64,000 nt of DNA from assembly GCF_008831285.2 (NCBI RefSeq), contig NC_045138.2:34286001-34350000 (forward strand). Reading direction: 5' to 3'. Shown piece after piece: positions 1-14,400 of the stretch. Below the pieces are notes generated by a model. It did not search any database. It was given only the letters and a program-made list of their open reading frames with translations, and was not told the origin of the DNA. Source of the stretch: Nymphaea colorata (taxonomy: Eukaryota). The position numbers and the translations under genes were made by a program. The stretch's first letter is position 1, and each line of letters begins with the position of its first letter.

Positions 1-2497
1 TTTTCAAAAAAAAAAAAAAAAAACCACTTCTGACCCTCTGGGTCTAGTTATTCAATGCTTCATCATTGAGTAGTCCACCAAGTCTACCAACTAGTCCCTA
101 TCATGGACTAACTAATATCTGGGGACCAGCTGGATTGACTATTCTCTAGGTTGACAACTAAGCAACCACTAACTAAACACATAACTGAAAAACTTAGATT
201 ATCTTGCTCTTATTAGGAACTTATATTCAAGAAGACATCAAGGGAGTTATATTAGTTTCATAAAGTCCAAGGAACCCTTCAGTTTTAATTTTTATAAATG
301 CTATATGAATGAGACCATTCCACTACATAACAAGTACAGTAAACAATAGATTGAAGAGATACAGCACAATGCTTTATGACATTTTCACAAAATATTTGAA
401 GAAAAAATGAATAACTAATGACACCCACTTGAGGATTTTACCAACCTGCATCTCATCTCTGAAATAACAATCACTTGCCTTTTCGGACCCCTTATTCCAC
501 CAAGAATTGCATGAGAAATGAGTCTCAAAACCAACTTATTAAATGCCATATGATTGTGTTCATGTATAGCGATATCATTCTTTGAGGGGAATGCCTTCCC
601 TTCATTTGAGCTTCAAGCAGTTTACTCGAGAACCTCAACAGGATCACTAAAAGAATCATTAAAATAAGCAACTACCAAAAGAAATTGATGTACACCTAAA
701 ATCTTCCTTATTGCCATCATATGTTGAACACATGCATTTGCCCCTTCAGGAAGCATAGTCAGTTATATAAAGCAAATTAGCTAATTGACTCCTATATGTT
801 CCTTCTATAATAAAGTTTCTTTTACATCATAATGTCTTCATCAAAATCCATGAATCAGCAAAGGTTCCTCAGAGAAAATTTCTCTTGATAAATTCACAAT
901 GGGAGGCTAACCACCTTAAACATTTAAAGACAACTCAAGGAGTTCAGTTGAACCTTACAACAATCCTGAAAGCAGCATGATATCTAATGCCTACCTCTAC
1001 ACTCAAAGCATAACAGGTTACAACTCAAGTTAAACATACTGCACATTGTTCTTCAACCGATGATAAGTAGTGCTGGTTGTCTACCAGTATCTATGAAACT
1101 AATAAGATGTAAAGCTGAAAGGCATCAAGACGTTACTTATTTGGCCATGTGCCTGGCTCTTCCATTTGAACACCTCACATTGTGTGGAAACTGCACAAGG
1201 TCCTTATCTATTTGTTTCTAAACAGTCCTACTCAAGTTGTTTAGTGCTTATCCCAGTGTTACTTTTGCATGGGAACTAATAGAATACTTCCACATCCTTC
1301 AAAAGGAAATGAGCAGAACATTCACAAAATAAGGCCAACCTCTTTTCTCCAGTAGCTAATGATAATTATAGGTGTGATATGCATAAACAAAGTGGATGTG
1401 CACCTTTAGACAAAAACTCTAGTGCCAGCTTGAACTTTTCAAGATTAATTTGAAAGCAATATCCTATAAGTTCCATAAGAAACAAATCACATCATCAAAT
1501 TTTCCACGCAAGTTCAACATAATGCTTTCACAATCCAATGTCTCACAATTATGCCTCTAGAGGAGACATTATATAACAATAACTACCATGCCCATCATCC
1601 ATCTATGCAGTCACTTGGAGTAAACATGAGATGAACCAAACTGCACTGGTGTGACTTGTGAGAGCTTAAGAAGGCTAATAAAGTATAAAGGCATTTCAAC
1701 TTGCATGCCCTCTCTTTTGGAGAACAGTGTTTGAGATATAAGTGCATGTGAGGACGGAACCAAGATGCAATTAAAGTGAACTGACGTTATTGCTCGAATA
1801 TATAGTTTTGCAACATAACCGGAACATGTGCCAGCACGCTCAATTGTTTTTCTTATCTAGACTAACTTCTCTTAAGCGGACCACAGAAGATAACGCAGCA
1901 TTCCATGGCCTGATTGGGTAACGCAATCTTGGATAGCAAATCATGTATAAGAAACAAGCAGAACAACTTCCAGCCTCAGCCATGCCAAACCATGAAACCA
2001 GAAAAGTTAGCCTTCGACTTCTAGCTACATATTGCTGGCCATGTAACTTTCACATGTAAGAGCGAAGCCGCACTTCCTGATATTTTAGAGGAAACCGTTC
2101 AAATTGAAGATTGATTCCTCGGGAGGATTGAGTTAACTTACCTCACCTCCAACGAGAGAGTTGTACAAGTACAGGAATACCATTTCTCCTTGTTTTCAAA
2201 AATTTCCTCTAACGATTCAGAATACTTTATCAAATTAATTGTCAAGACAACAGTCCATAATTATATTCCCCATAATTCAATAAACAAATAAATAATCTAC
2301 CTACAGAATATTTGAAAATTCATAAAGCCGAACGCAAAAAATTAAAACTGACAACTTCCTCGTTTCAAATGAGCAAAGCAACTAAATTTTCCAGTTCCGA
2401 AATTCATTAATTTTCACCAGCTAAGCAGCAAAAAATCGTCGCCAATAAACAAACAAAATAAATACTGTAAATACAAGAAGAAAATATGTGCCGTTAC

Positions 2498-2710
2498 CGG
2501 ATCAGAGCCGGCTTCGTTTTCCCTGTCCGCAGCAACCGCAGACGCAACCGAGGAGCTGGCCGAACGAACCGTGGAGGCTACTGTAGAGGCGCCGGAAGAG
2601 ACAAACCGCCAGTAGCTCGAGATAGCCCTCTTGGAATTGGGGAAGAACCCGCCGCTGCGGCCACCACCACCACCCACCGCCTGCTGCGGCTTCTGGCCAT
2701 CGCCCCTCAT
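2498..2710 (-). CDS. ATG18F: Autophagy-related protein 18f-like (WD40/BCAS3-type ATG18), coding exon 1; gene continues past the left edge
   Basis: Exon reads MRGDGQKPQQ...FFPNSKRAISSYWRFVSSGASTVASTVRSASSSVASAV...SDP, then donor CCG|GTAACG at 2497. It matches the plant ATG18f N-terminus as I recall it (PNSFRAISSYLRIVSSGASTVA). An in-frame ATG at 2749 is an alternative start. No further exon recognised in 1-2497. Confidence 0.85.
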
Positions 2711-3101
2711 GCCCCCGATACCGGTGAAAAACCCCAATTCGCCGATCATATCAAGAGCTGACCTCGGCCGTCGCTCCTCACCCGTCAGCCGCAATTGGAA
2801 AAGTATCCCTTCCTTCCTTCCTTAGGTCACCAACTTCCTCACCCCCATCACCCCCCTCACCAAAAGCAATCAAAAAGAAAGGCCGGAAACCCCCTACCCC
2901 AAAAAAAACCTAAGATTCTATACAAATAAGAAATCCATGCCCCGATATCAACAATCCAACTTCGATAATAGCAGGAATACGAAAAGAATGATAGCAGAAT
3001 AAAATCTCTCGAAGAAAAAACTTTTTTTTTTTTCTCTGAATCCTTTCTTTCCTGATGACCCAGGCAGAAAATTTTAGAAGCTAAGAGAAAATCAAATGGG
3101 T

Positions 3102-3103
<2 letters not shown>

Positions 3104-3135
<32 letters not shown>
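3104..3135. repeat. (GA)n microsatellite in the ATG18f 5' leader/promoter region
   Basis: Uninterrupted GA run ~400 bp upstream of the ATG; reads (CT)n on the gene strand. Confidence 0.9.
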
Positions 3136-3139
<4 letters not shown>

Positions 3140-6100
3140 GGGGAAGCGAATGGATGGTGACGATGACGATGTCTCTGTGTCTACGCCTCTGTCTTGAATC
3201 TCTTGATGGCTTGAACAACTCTTCACGTCTCGTTCTTCCACCTTCCCCCTCCACAAGACTTCCCTGTAATTACGAGACAAGATAGGGGCACAGTTAACGT
3301 ACAGCTAACCCCGAGTATCTACCGAGGCATAACGAGATAACGAGAAGCTTGTTTACTTAGGCGTCCGTAAATAAAATACATAAGAAAGAGCCTTAGGTTT
3401 GAGAAAACTAACGAGCATTGCCATGCTTCGGTAAGCTTAAACGTGGCTTGGGAGGACACCGACGAAACAAGCCACAGGGTCGACAACCGACGTCTAAAAG
3501 TTCAATGGTTGTTTAGCCATTGAAAATACATGCAAGGACGATAAGGGAAAAGAAAATTTAGGACTTCAAGCGTGGCAGCTAAAGGCCTCAAGCTTACTTT
3601 TGAAATGTTCGCTCTGATTTTGACAGCCTGTTGCTTGTCGGGCAAAACGGGTCGACCACTTCCGGGTCTACGTGAAACTGAATCTGAACTCGTTTAGTGT
3701 ACCATGGATTGGATGGTCCCGAATCCATTTGATCCAGAGGGATAAATACTACGCCGTGGGTATTAGTGTAATACTGATCGGACGCATAGGATTCTCCACC
3801 ATGCCAGCCCAGCAGAGGTAACGGAACAGCCAGCGGTTCAAATTTAAAAAGCCACGGATCAGAGTGGCGACATTTGAGTTTTCAAAAAAATCAAGCAATA
3901 GTGGTGAGTGGTGACCCAGAGTCTAGACAGTGGAGGAGCCAGCCACAAATCAAATTTCAAGGACACTAATTTTGGAAAGGAAAAAAAAAAAAAAACTCTT
4001 TAGGAGCACCATTATATATAGTTGATGACACTCGAGTGGAGCTAACAGATTTTAGTTAAAGAGCTCTAATTATAAAATTTTGAATTCCTAAGAGGCACCG
4101 ACCGACATTTATTTTAGATAAGAAAATTTGCACTGAAGCATCAATATCAAAATAAATTTTTTTAAATAAATATAACTGCTGTACTATTGTGTGGGCAACT
4201 GCGCATACATACCCACCCGCATGTGGCTTTGTGACGGATTGAGAAATAACAGAATATCATACAGTGATAAGCACGAGTGAGACAAAAGATGATGATAGTG
4301 TTGTTGTCATTTTTTTGGGTTTAGATGAGAGTACAAATCGCAGTTTTCATTCTCATCGCAAGCCCTCGGTGTCACTGGGAATTTGGGAGGGAAAGGCAAA
4401 GAAGAGTAATCTTTTTAATTGGTCTTTTAAATCTCATTGCAGCTTATAGAAACTGGATCTCGAGTACAATTGTCCAGTAATATAAAGCGTTTGATAAGGA
4501 AAACATCGTGTTATTGCAGTACATGCTTTTATAAGATATGTTTCGAGCATAGTAGTTCGAAAATCGTGGTTCATTGTGTTCTTATAACACATGAACTTTC
4601 TATGATATATATTACTGTTTTGTTTCACAAGGTATAGTACCGTCGTGTACAGCATTTAATTGTTGGACTTACAAAGATTACTCATATTTACGTTACATCA
4701 TGCTTCCTTGAATAAGGACGTGGTATTCTTAGGCCCTGTTTTCGAATGAACGCACCTTTAGAACTTACAGTCTTCATCTGCCAACAGCTTCTAAAAGCTT
4801 TTAAATTCAAAAAATTACTGGGAAGGTGACCACACACCGGCGGAGTAAAACAGCATGGATGGGTCTTCTGCTATAAAGAGAGGTTACTTACTTTTGCTAA
4901 AAAAAAAGAAAAAAGAAGACTTTATTTTTATAAGCAATAAGCTTCGCCGAAGCATGGAGTGGAGACTGAAGATGTTGAAGAATAAAGGGTATGAAAATTT
5001 TGAAACCTCCGAACACCCTACAATCTAAGTTTGACAGGACATCAATGGAACTAACTACTCTCGGGGCGTAAAGGCAAATAACAATAATAAGGTAAATTAT
5101 TCTTTTCAGAAAGTTTTTATCTTCTTTGATTCGGGAGTCTGTAGTAGGCAAAACTGACATCCGTCAGTACACCGACGAGTCTAATGCACACAATATGCCG
5201 ATTTAATAATTAGTGTTATGATATATTTCCGTAACGAACGTTTCCTTTTCAAATAATGTAGGATATAAATGAATCGATAATTTATTAAAAGTCAATTTAC
5301 AGCAATGTAAATCGGTATACGATTTATTTCGGTAACCAGCTTCTTTTGGAACAAAGTATAATATGAACGAATTTATAAAATTAATTAAACGTCAATTACA
5401 ATAAGTACCAAAATGACCACTAATCCAAAATTTTTCATGTTTGAAAGAGCATGATATATATAAATAATCAAATATTTGAAAAGGTCATTCATGTGAAACT
5501 ATTTTACCCTGGGCTGGGTAGAGGTAATGTTATCCACAACGGTCGCCCAATGATTGATGGTTCAAGAAGCTGCTGCCTGCAAGAAATGACGGATGGAATC
5601 ATGGGTGAATATCGATGTCTTTAAGCAACTGTGATGGGAATTTTAACCGATCGACGGAATTGGAATAAAGGTGTCCTATTTATCGGATGTTGGCATATTA
5701 AATTTTGAAAACAAATGAAAAAACGTTTATGCCATGCGTGGATCTTATGACTAATTCAAAATCTAAATCCGTTTTTTATCTTTCACAATTGAATTTGGTT
5801 GGCATTTAAATACACAACCAAGTCTTAATGGCATTAGAATATATTAATATCCAATTTTCAAAATGCATGAACATTAGATGTAGAATATTGATTGGAAATT
5901 CAATCCGAATCAGAAGCTTGTCAGATGTTTATTAGCAGCGACCGTCCAAAAATCTAGGTATTCCGTCCTGATATTTGATACGAGCGGCATGCTAAATTGC
6001 CAATCCCAGATCTCTTCCCCTTCCTAAAGAGCGGCAAGTACATGGGACTTCAATATTTGCAGCTTCGATATTCTATTGATTACTTTTTTTTTTATATATA

Positions 6101-8242
6101 TATAAAACAGTTTTTAAACATTAAATAATACAATAATGATCATTGAACATAAATATAAATAAACAATATATAAATATATATATATATATACATATACCAG
6201 TTTAAATATGTTGGAAGCCTAAAAAAATCTCTAATAGCGATGGTTTACAAGGTAATGATGAGTTATGGTGCTTTTAGTATTAATGACCTATGGTGCTTCT
6301 ATTCTAGCTGTGGAATTTTAATCGACTCCCTTGTGGTTGTGGACCTCCATGATAGATGGCGGTTGAAAGGGTGGGTGGTCAAGGAACCAAGTAGGGAGGA
6401 GCCATAAATAAGGGTAATCAGATCCAATCCAAACAGGGGTAGTCGGTCTAATGGTTAAATTATATTGATGAAGGTACCAACCAGCTTATTAAGTTGTCTT
6501 GGCGTTTTACCATGACGATGACGAGCAGCGGTGGCCTAACAGTAACAGAACAGGAGCATGTCCACATGACGGTGAACTAGGGGCAAATGTGGTAAAGACG
6601 GAACATAGAGGGTATAGCATGGTCATATTAGAACGTCAGATTGCTTATTCCTCCTACAGGGTTCAGGTTAATTGTAGCGAACAATGGAGGACCGAGCGAG
6701 CGCAAGATTATATTTATGGTTGAGATGACGCCATAATCAAAATGACATGAACATGTACAGATATGAACTTAATCTAAATCACATCATGATAATGCGAAAC
6801 TTGACGCAGGCACTCCGTGCACCTTCTTTGGCTCTCTCCTATGGTATGGTATGGGACAAGGACAAAAAGTGTTACCAGTGCTTCCATACGTCGTCCATTT
6901 CACAAAGCTCCCAATCCGAGGGTGAAATTTATATAATGCAGAAATCCACTGAGCCTCACTACTAAGTGTGGATTTTCACTTTGTCAATGGGACTGCTGCT
7001 GCATCTTCTTTCTTTTAATCATTGACCCGTCGCTCTTTTTGGCCCGACCCGCATATGGTTTGGCAATGGCTCCGCCCTTCATTATGATTTATGACTATGA
7101 TTTGTAGAATGCTTGTGTCTGTTTTTGCTATCTTTATTTGCCATGATTGTTTCTCCTTCAATAACCCTTCAGCGTCACCACTTTGTGTCGATGTCCAAAA
7201 TTTTGTGCCATTGTTGGTTAATTTGTCTCTTACCATCGCCAAACATCGAGTCCCTCAAATTTAACCTGAATATTCCAAAGTCATTGAGCCGTTGCTTTCT
7301 AGCTACGGTAAAATGGTCTCTCCCCTTTGCGTGTAATCATCCCTTATCAACTAATAATATATTGGTACGAACTCAATAACATACAAATTAACAATCTAAT
7401 AAAAACTGAAGTCAAATTATTCGAGCTTGTTTTCTGCCAAATTATTTAGAATTGGTTTATACTTTATTGATTCCTGAGAGCAAACTGATTTTCTAAATTC
7501 CATATTTTTGAATTCACCTCATTTATTTAAATTTTAAGATAAGCGTTTTGAAAAATGTCATATTCTTTCAGAAATCGAACTTAATTATTGCATTATGAGT
7601 GGGGGCATGCAATCGACCCTTTGGAAATGTTTTTCATGCAACATATTCACGGAACACACCGTTCCCCTTACCAAATGCCCTCATAGAGATTAGAGAAGGC
7701 TTCTCTTTCAGCTTGAAACTTTCTATCTCTCATTCAATCTATGCGAAACGATGGATAGCAGGACAACACGCTTCTACCTTTGTGCAAAGCATTGGACTGA
7801 TAGAAAACTAAAACCAGCAGCTTTATGCAGTTGTTTTTAAAGATGCGGCACTCTTTTGAATATGTAAAACTTTAGCCTTTAATTAAGAATTATCATCGTG
7901 CGCGGGACGCTTACTTATAAGTTATATATCATATGTATGCAAACGAATAATTAAAATGAGATAAAAAAAGACGGTGTGAAAGTGCATGCCAGATTTGCCA
8001 CCCTTCGTCAATCGTCATGGCGCAAACCCGCCTAAATAGCACACTGCCGATACCGTTCATCCAGAAAACCAACGGCAGAGTGGCTGCAGTGCAGTCGAGG
8101 GAATACCGACGAACCGCCGATCCACCGTCCATCGTCGCATCGAAGGATGCGAAAAAGGCAAAAAGCAACACCAAAAGTGACGTTTTATTCAGCCTTCCTT
8201 CTTCTTCCGTCTCGCGTCGTTTTCGCTCTCTGCGTCGCCCTT

Positions 8243-8264
8243 TCTCTCTCTCTCTCTCTCTCTC
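8243..8264. repeat. (CT)n microsatellite in the 5' leader of the chorein-N gene
   Basis: CT run ~230 bp upstream of ATG 8494. Confidence 0.9.
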
Positions 8265-8493
8265 TTCCGAGGATTGGATCCAGAGAAGAGCAAAGATCAG
8301 AAGAGCTATTCGTTCCTCTTCCCCCCGGATCCCGCCCATCCCTTCTTCCTTCATTTCGGGATGACTGTCGATCCGCGTTTCTTCGTGGGCGAAGAGTGAA
8401 TTGGAACTCGTCTGCCTGGAGCCAGATTCCGGAGGGATACGGAAGTGCTTCTAGGAGCTTCCTTGGTCGGAAGCTTCTAGAATTGATAGGGCG

Positions 8494-11400
8494 ATGGAGT
8501 CTATCTTGGCTAGGGCTCTGGAGTACACCCTCAGTCGCTGGCTAAAGTCCTTCTCGAGGGAGCAGTTTAAGTTGCAAGGCCGATCCGTGCTGCTGTCGAA
8601 TTTAGGTAATTTCTGTTCGGTTTTCGCTTCTTTGTCTCTCGCTTTTTTAAATTCACGGACGACACAATGTGGTTTGTCCATTGTATTGGAACACGAGAGG
8701 TCTTATTTAATGCTATTGGTTTTGGAATTTTTTGGTATGCTCATTTTGGTCTGGATGGTGTTTGGGATTCGGAAACTTGTTCAGATATCAATGGAGATGC
8801 TCTTCACGCCAGCGTCGGGCTGCCGCCTGCGCTGAATGTTGCGCAAGCGAAAGTCGGGAGGTTAGAGATAAAGGTGAGTTGTTTCCCTTTTTTTCTTTCT
8901 CTCTCTCTCTCTTTCTCTCTCTCTTTTTAAATTCTTCATTATCTTGAATTTTTTTTGACACGTTATTTGTAATTTAGGGTAGTACGGGGAAAAAGTTCCG
9001 AATTCTGCCCTGGCATTTTTTTTTTGGAAATTAGTTATTGAGAAAGGATCTATTGAAATATGGCATTTTCGTAGAGAATGGAGAAGTCAAGTGGAAACAC
9101 AGTGGGGGATGATAAACTTGATCATCTTAAAGTGAACCGGCATGGATGTTTATTGGCTTACCGTGGAATACGTCTATTTGAGAATTCCGAGTGAGTTGCG
9201 AAGATTTCTGATAAGCTCTTGGAATGCCTACGTTACTGCTGGTGTCAAATGGTGTCTGTGCTCAATTTCCTGACCATTGGTATCGCAGGTTTATGTAAAA
9301 CTCGTTGGTACGAGATGATTCTTTACAATTACCACCTAAAAACCAAGAAGGAGCATAATTTACGTGTCTGTCCACCATGTGATGGAAAGCGACATTTATA
9401 CTTACCTGCCTCCTCAGCCTCTTGAAATGTCTCCGATTAATAAAGAAAGTGATATTTTACTTCCTTGTTCACACTAGTATGCGAGGCGACGTGTTTATGC
9501 ACAAGAATAGGAGCAGATATACACTAAAATTTAAATTACACGGGGTAGAATGGCAATTAACACCAGTGTCATTAACTGTTTATGTAGCTTTCATTGCAAG
9601 TGCAGGAATTAAATCCTTATCATTCTGAGCTGCATGATCACGTTACCAAGCTGTATTCATCGATAACACTTTAAAAGGCAGGTCTGTTAATGTTCACTAG
9701 ATTTTAGACATTTTTTATCTAGTTAGTAGGGAGTCATTGATCATTTCCGACTAGTTTATGTAAATGTACTGGGATATACAGCAAACATGTGTAACTCATG
9801 GAGAATAGACTTAATTGGTATATGTGTTGACACTATATGCATAACCAATTAACCGTATTTTTTTTTTCCCTCGGTTGGAACCTTTTTCTCTCTTTTCTTT
9901 ATTGATCTTTAAACACTATCATTTTCTGGTTGAAACGCCACGTTTGGGCCTGTTGACCCTGATCATTGAAAGAATAATTGGGTCATCCTGTTATCGACTT
10001 AAGTACGTGGTAATTTATCGATCCATTTATCCCGTGCCACTCTGTTCTTCTGTACTTTACTACAAGCTATTTTGTGAATTCAGTTATTTATGCATCTTAT
10101 TTGCTCCAATCTAGTGGGCGTCTTTAAATTTAATTTGCTCATTGGATATTCTTCCCAGCATCTGGATGCAAACACTGAACAGTACAGTTTCTTCATGTTG
10201 AGTAACTTGTGTGTCTCTGTTGTCCTATAGAAGTTCTTTCTTCTGAATGCTGAAATTTGTTGCATAAAAGTGTTGTTTCATAATCCTGATTATTACTGTA
10301 AAGGAAATTACATTTTACAGGATTATTGTATTATAGTTTCCTATATCTTTTCTTGTGGCATTTTCTTATTTTCCTTTTAAGTACATGATTCTTGGACTTG
10401 TCATTTATTAAGTCTTCTATTATGATGCCTGTGCCAGTTGCCATCTGTTTCCTATGTGCAAACAGAACCAATCATCATTCAGATTGATAAACTTGATTTG
10501 GTGCTTGAGGAGAATTCTGACTCTGAATCTGACAAGGCTATTCCCAAGTGATTCTTCTCATTCTTGAATTTTTTCCAATCCATGATACGTCTCTTTTGTT
10601 GGTGTTCTTTCCACAAGCTTTGGTCCTTGACCTTGGTGGCTGTTGTATTTATTTACAGTTTCCAACCATCCTCAACTTCTGCAAAAAGTAGTGGCTATGG
10701 CTTTGCGGATAAGGTGATAAGTGCATACTGTTCTAATAATTTTGATGTATCCGGTTTTATGTTTAGTTTATTGACTTAGATGTTTAACCTTTTATATGGT
10801 CTTCCAATTTCCTTCCAAACCACCCCAAAAAAACCCCACAGCCGCAAAAGGAAAGTACTAGGATAGTATGAGTTTTAAGTTAGTGATCATGTGATTCGGG
10901 ATGTTAAAATTAAATTTTCTGAATCAGTTGAATGACAAAGTACTTCAAAATGCATGGTTTTCTGGTTCATATTCCTTACTATTTTGGTGTAATATTATTC
11001 GCTTATGAAGTATACTGCATAAAATTGCAAAAGGGCTGGTTGGATGACAGCCCAAAAGTGGGTTTTGGAGGCAAAAAGTAACTTCAAATCCGGGTTGCTC
11101 AAAAATCCAGCTTTGACTGAACTCATTTTTAACAAAGGGCCTCAAAAACCTGCCCCCTCCCAGTCTTTTTCAGGCCCTTTGTAAAAATGATTTTTTGGCA
11201 TGCCACCCAAACGCCAAAATCAGTTATTAAAAACTACTTAAAAAATCATTTTTCCAAGACATGCTCTTCACAAAACACCATTTTCAAGGGTGTCACCAAA
11301 CGCTACCTAAGGTTTCTCCTTCAGGGTTCCTCTGGAAGAGCCAGAGCTGTCTGTTAGGAAATCATGAGATTGTAGAAAATTATGCTGAGAAATTGGTTGT

Positions 11401-14400
11401 ATAACTTTGAAGGTTTGTTGTTGAATGCTTAATTTTTCATTCTTTTACACTTGATTTAATTGCTTTGACGATGATTAGTCTAGCAAGGTATATATATAAA
11501 GTAAAATAGCTCATTGTTTGCTTATGATACCCCACATATTATTGATCTAAACAAATTATTTTTGCTCCACATATTGTTGTTATGAACAAATTCGTTTTGC
11601 TACAGTGATGTACTTCCTTTTTATTAGCTTTTCATTGTCCCTAGGTGTGCAATAATTTGTCTAGATGATTATATGGTTCTGCAGTTTGGTCTACCATGTG
11701 TGTACATCTGATTATGATTGAATTTCATATTGGTCTGAGAAGAATCAGAAGATTCATTTCCAGATCCATAGAGAAGTTTCGTGATAAAAATATATATTCT
11801 GGTAGCTCTGTCAAATGCTACTCTTAGGCTTAGGCGATCTTTTTTAGTGCTTGTTTGATTGAATGCATATTTTCTATCCTGCATGCAGATTCTGCATCTT
11901 TTTCAGCAGTTTCAATGTCTCTTTGCGGGATTCTTAATTGACCTCACACAATGTGTTTGAGCCTTTGGGAATCTTTACTTTGTTATGGCACAGTATTGTT
12001 TATTTCTTTTACTAGGAATAGGAAGGCAGTGTAACTCCATTGAATCATAAGAAACTCACCCTTGTGCATCTATCTTGAAGAGCCAAGTGACTCCCAACTG
12101 AATTCTTGTTGCAACCCATTTTAGTCAATTAAGCATTCCTCGCATCAGTTTCATGTCATTCTGTGTATACTATACTACTGGGTCTGCATTAAGAAGCCGA
12201 GTCATTTCTGTGTGACCAAGAGGCCTTTGGATTTTGTTTTCTGTTGTTTGGTGGACTGTCAAAGTGTTTGGTGTTAATATTTCATGGGAACTTGTCAGAT
12301 TGCAGATGGCATGACCATACAAGTGGGCCAAGTCAATCTTATGCTTGAAACTCGAGGTGGTGCAGGAGGGCAAGGAGGTGCAACATGGTACATTTTCTCC
12401 TCCCCTAAAAAAAATTGATCAAGCGATGCCACCATCTGTCACCTTGTTAAGTCAAAATTTCACTGGCACTTGAGCAGCATGCCAAGCTAGGGACATGCTT
12501 TGTTGGTCTTAATGTTCAAAGTTTCCGTGATGATTGATTCTTGTTTATCTTGTAACAGTCACCCACAAAATTAATTTAGGGTTTGCTATTTGCATAACTT
12601 GGAGAATGAACAGGCACAAGGAACCAAAGAGGTCATCTGATTTTCACTCAGGATCGAGTTCTAAACTTTTAAAGAAAGATAATTACTGTGATAAGCTCCA
12701 GGGAAAGCCTTCCTTTTATGTTGGTTTTCCCTACCCTAACGGATCAGGTCCACAAGTTTGGAGTTAGCAACTTACACAACCTGTCAACCCCCCTTGAAAA
12801 CTGCTTGTCAATCTTCTTCGAATAAGTAAATCATAATACGGTATCAGTATTTGACCTATAACACCCTCTCTTAAAATGCTGGTCTTAATGCATTTTTTTG
12901 ATGTATATTTGTATGTGTTTGCTAAACCTTTAAGTTTGCTGATGTGAAACTCAAGCTTCAGACGACAAAGATTATATGAACACACAACTTTTACTCACTG
13001 CATCTGATGGTATCTAAATTAACTAATTTTTGCTTGCATGGTTGGTGTTATCGATTTTTTTTAATGATCAGGACACCACCTATGGCATCTATTACAATAC
13101 GCAACCTTTTGTTATTTACAACAAATGAGAAATGGCAGGTAATGCTTTGCCATTTTTTAAAGAGACTACTAATTGTGTCTTTCTTTCTCTAAATTCTAAT
13201 GCCTTATCAGTTTGTGTTGGCAGTTTGTAAACCTTAAGGAAGCTAGAGATTTTTCCTGTGATAAGAAGTGCATATATGTCTTCAAGGTAATGATCACATT
13301 CGATAGAGTAATTTAACAATGTTACCAGAGGTATGGAAGGAAAGATCTCTGCTGCCTTTTTTTCTTATGTACATTGACCATAAGAAGCACAGGTCTACTT
13401 GGAGATTCGGGCCTTTATCTTTGTCACTGGTCCAACCACATGATAGAGGGGACATTCAATGAGTTGGACTAATTTATTTAATCTGCTGCTGAGGAAAATG
13501 AGAAGATGCATTCTCCCTCTCTGGCCATTCCTAGAATCAGCTGAAGCTTCTTAAGCTGATTCTCTAGTTCTTTGCACCATTTCTAACTCCATGTATCTGA
13601 GCACTAGATAGTAGAAGTTGATTTTTCCTTTTCCTTCGCCAATTTCCAGAAATTGCAGTGGGAATCATTATCTGTTGATCTGTTGCCTCACCCCAACATG
13701 TTCTTGGATGAGCACCTCACACGTGGAGGTGTTGGAAATAATAAGCGTGATGATGATGGTGCAAAACGGCTATTCTTTGGAGGGGAAAGGTTTTTGGATG
13801 GCATATCTGGAGATGCTTATGTAAGAAATGTAGACAATTTGGATTTCATTAGTTTAACTGTTGGCACTTTGCACTTCTTTTCTGACATACTTAATATTCA
13901 GATCACTATCCAAAGGACAGAGCAAAATAACCCATTGGGACTTGAGGTTCAGTTGCATATTATGGAAGCTGTGTGTCCTTCTCTCAGTGAACCAGGTATG
14001 CAAAAGAAAAATTGCATTTCTTTTAGCCTTTTCACTCTTGTATTTGTTTGATCATGCGAAATACTGAATAGGTTTGCGTGCTTTTCTGCGGTTCATGACT
14101 GGATTGTATGTGTGCTTGAATAGGGGAGATGTGGACCCAAAGGCAAAACAGGTCTGTTTGCTAACATGTTTTCTGTTTTTATCATGGATTGGAGACAAAA
14201 AAAAAAAATTTAAATAATTGTTGTTGTGGTATTGCAGGCCATGCTAATCTTTACTGTTTCTGTTGGAACTTGTTTATTGACAGCGCTTGAACGAGGCAGC
14301 CGGCTGTTCTCTAGTGTCCATTATTGTTGACCATATTTTTCTTTGTATTCGAGATGCAGGTTAGTATCTTTCTTTGAACTGGTTTGGTCTTCATAGGACC

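Noticed and set aside
7929..8545. Overlapping ORFs upstream of the chorein-N gene
   Set aside because: GC- and CT-rich promoter/5' UTR sequence with microsatellite-derived peptides.
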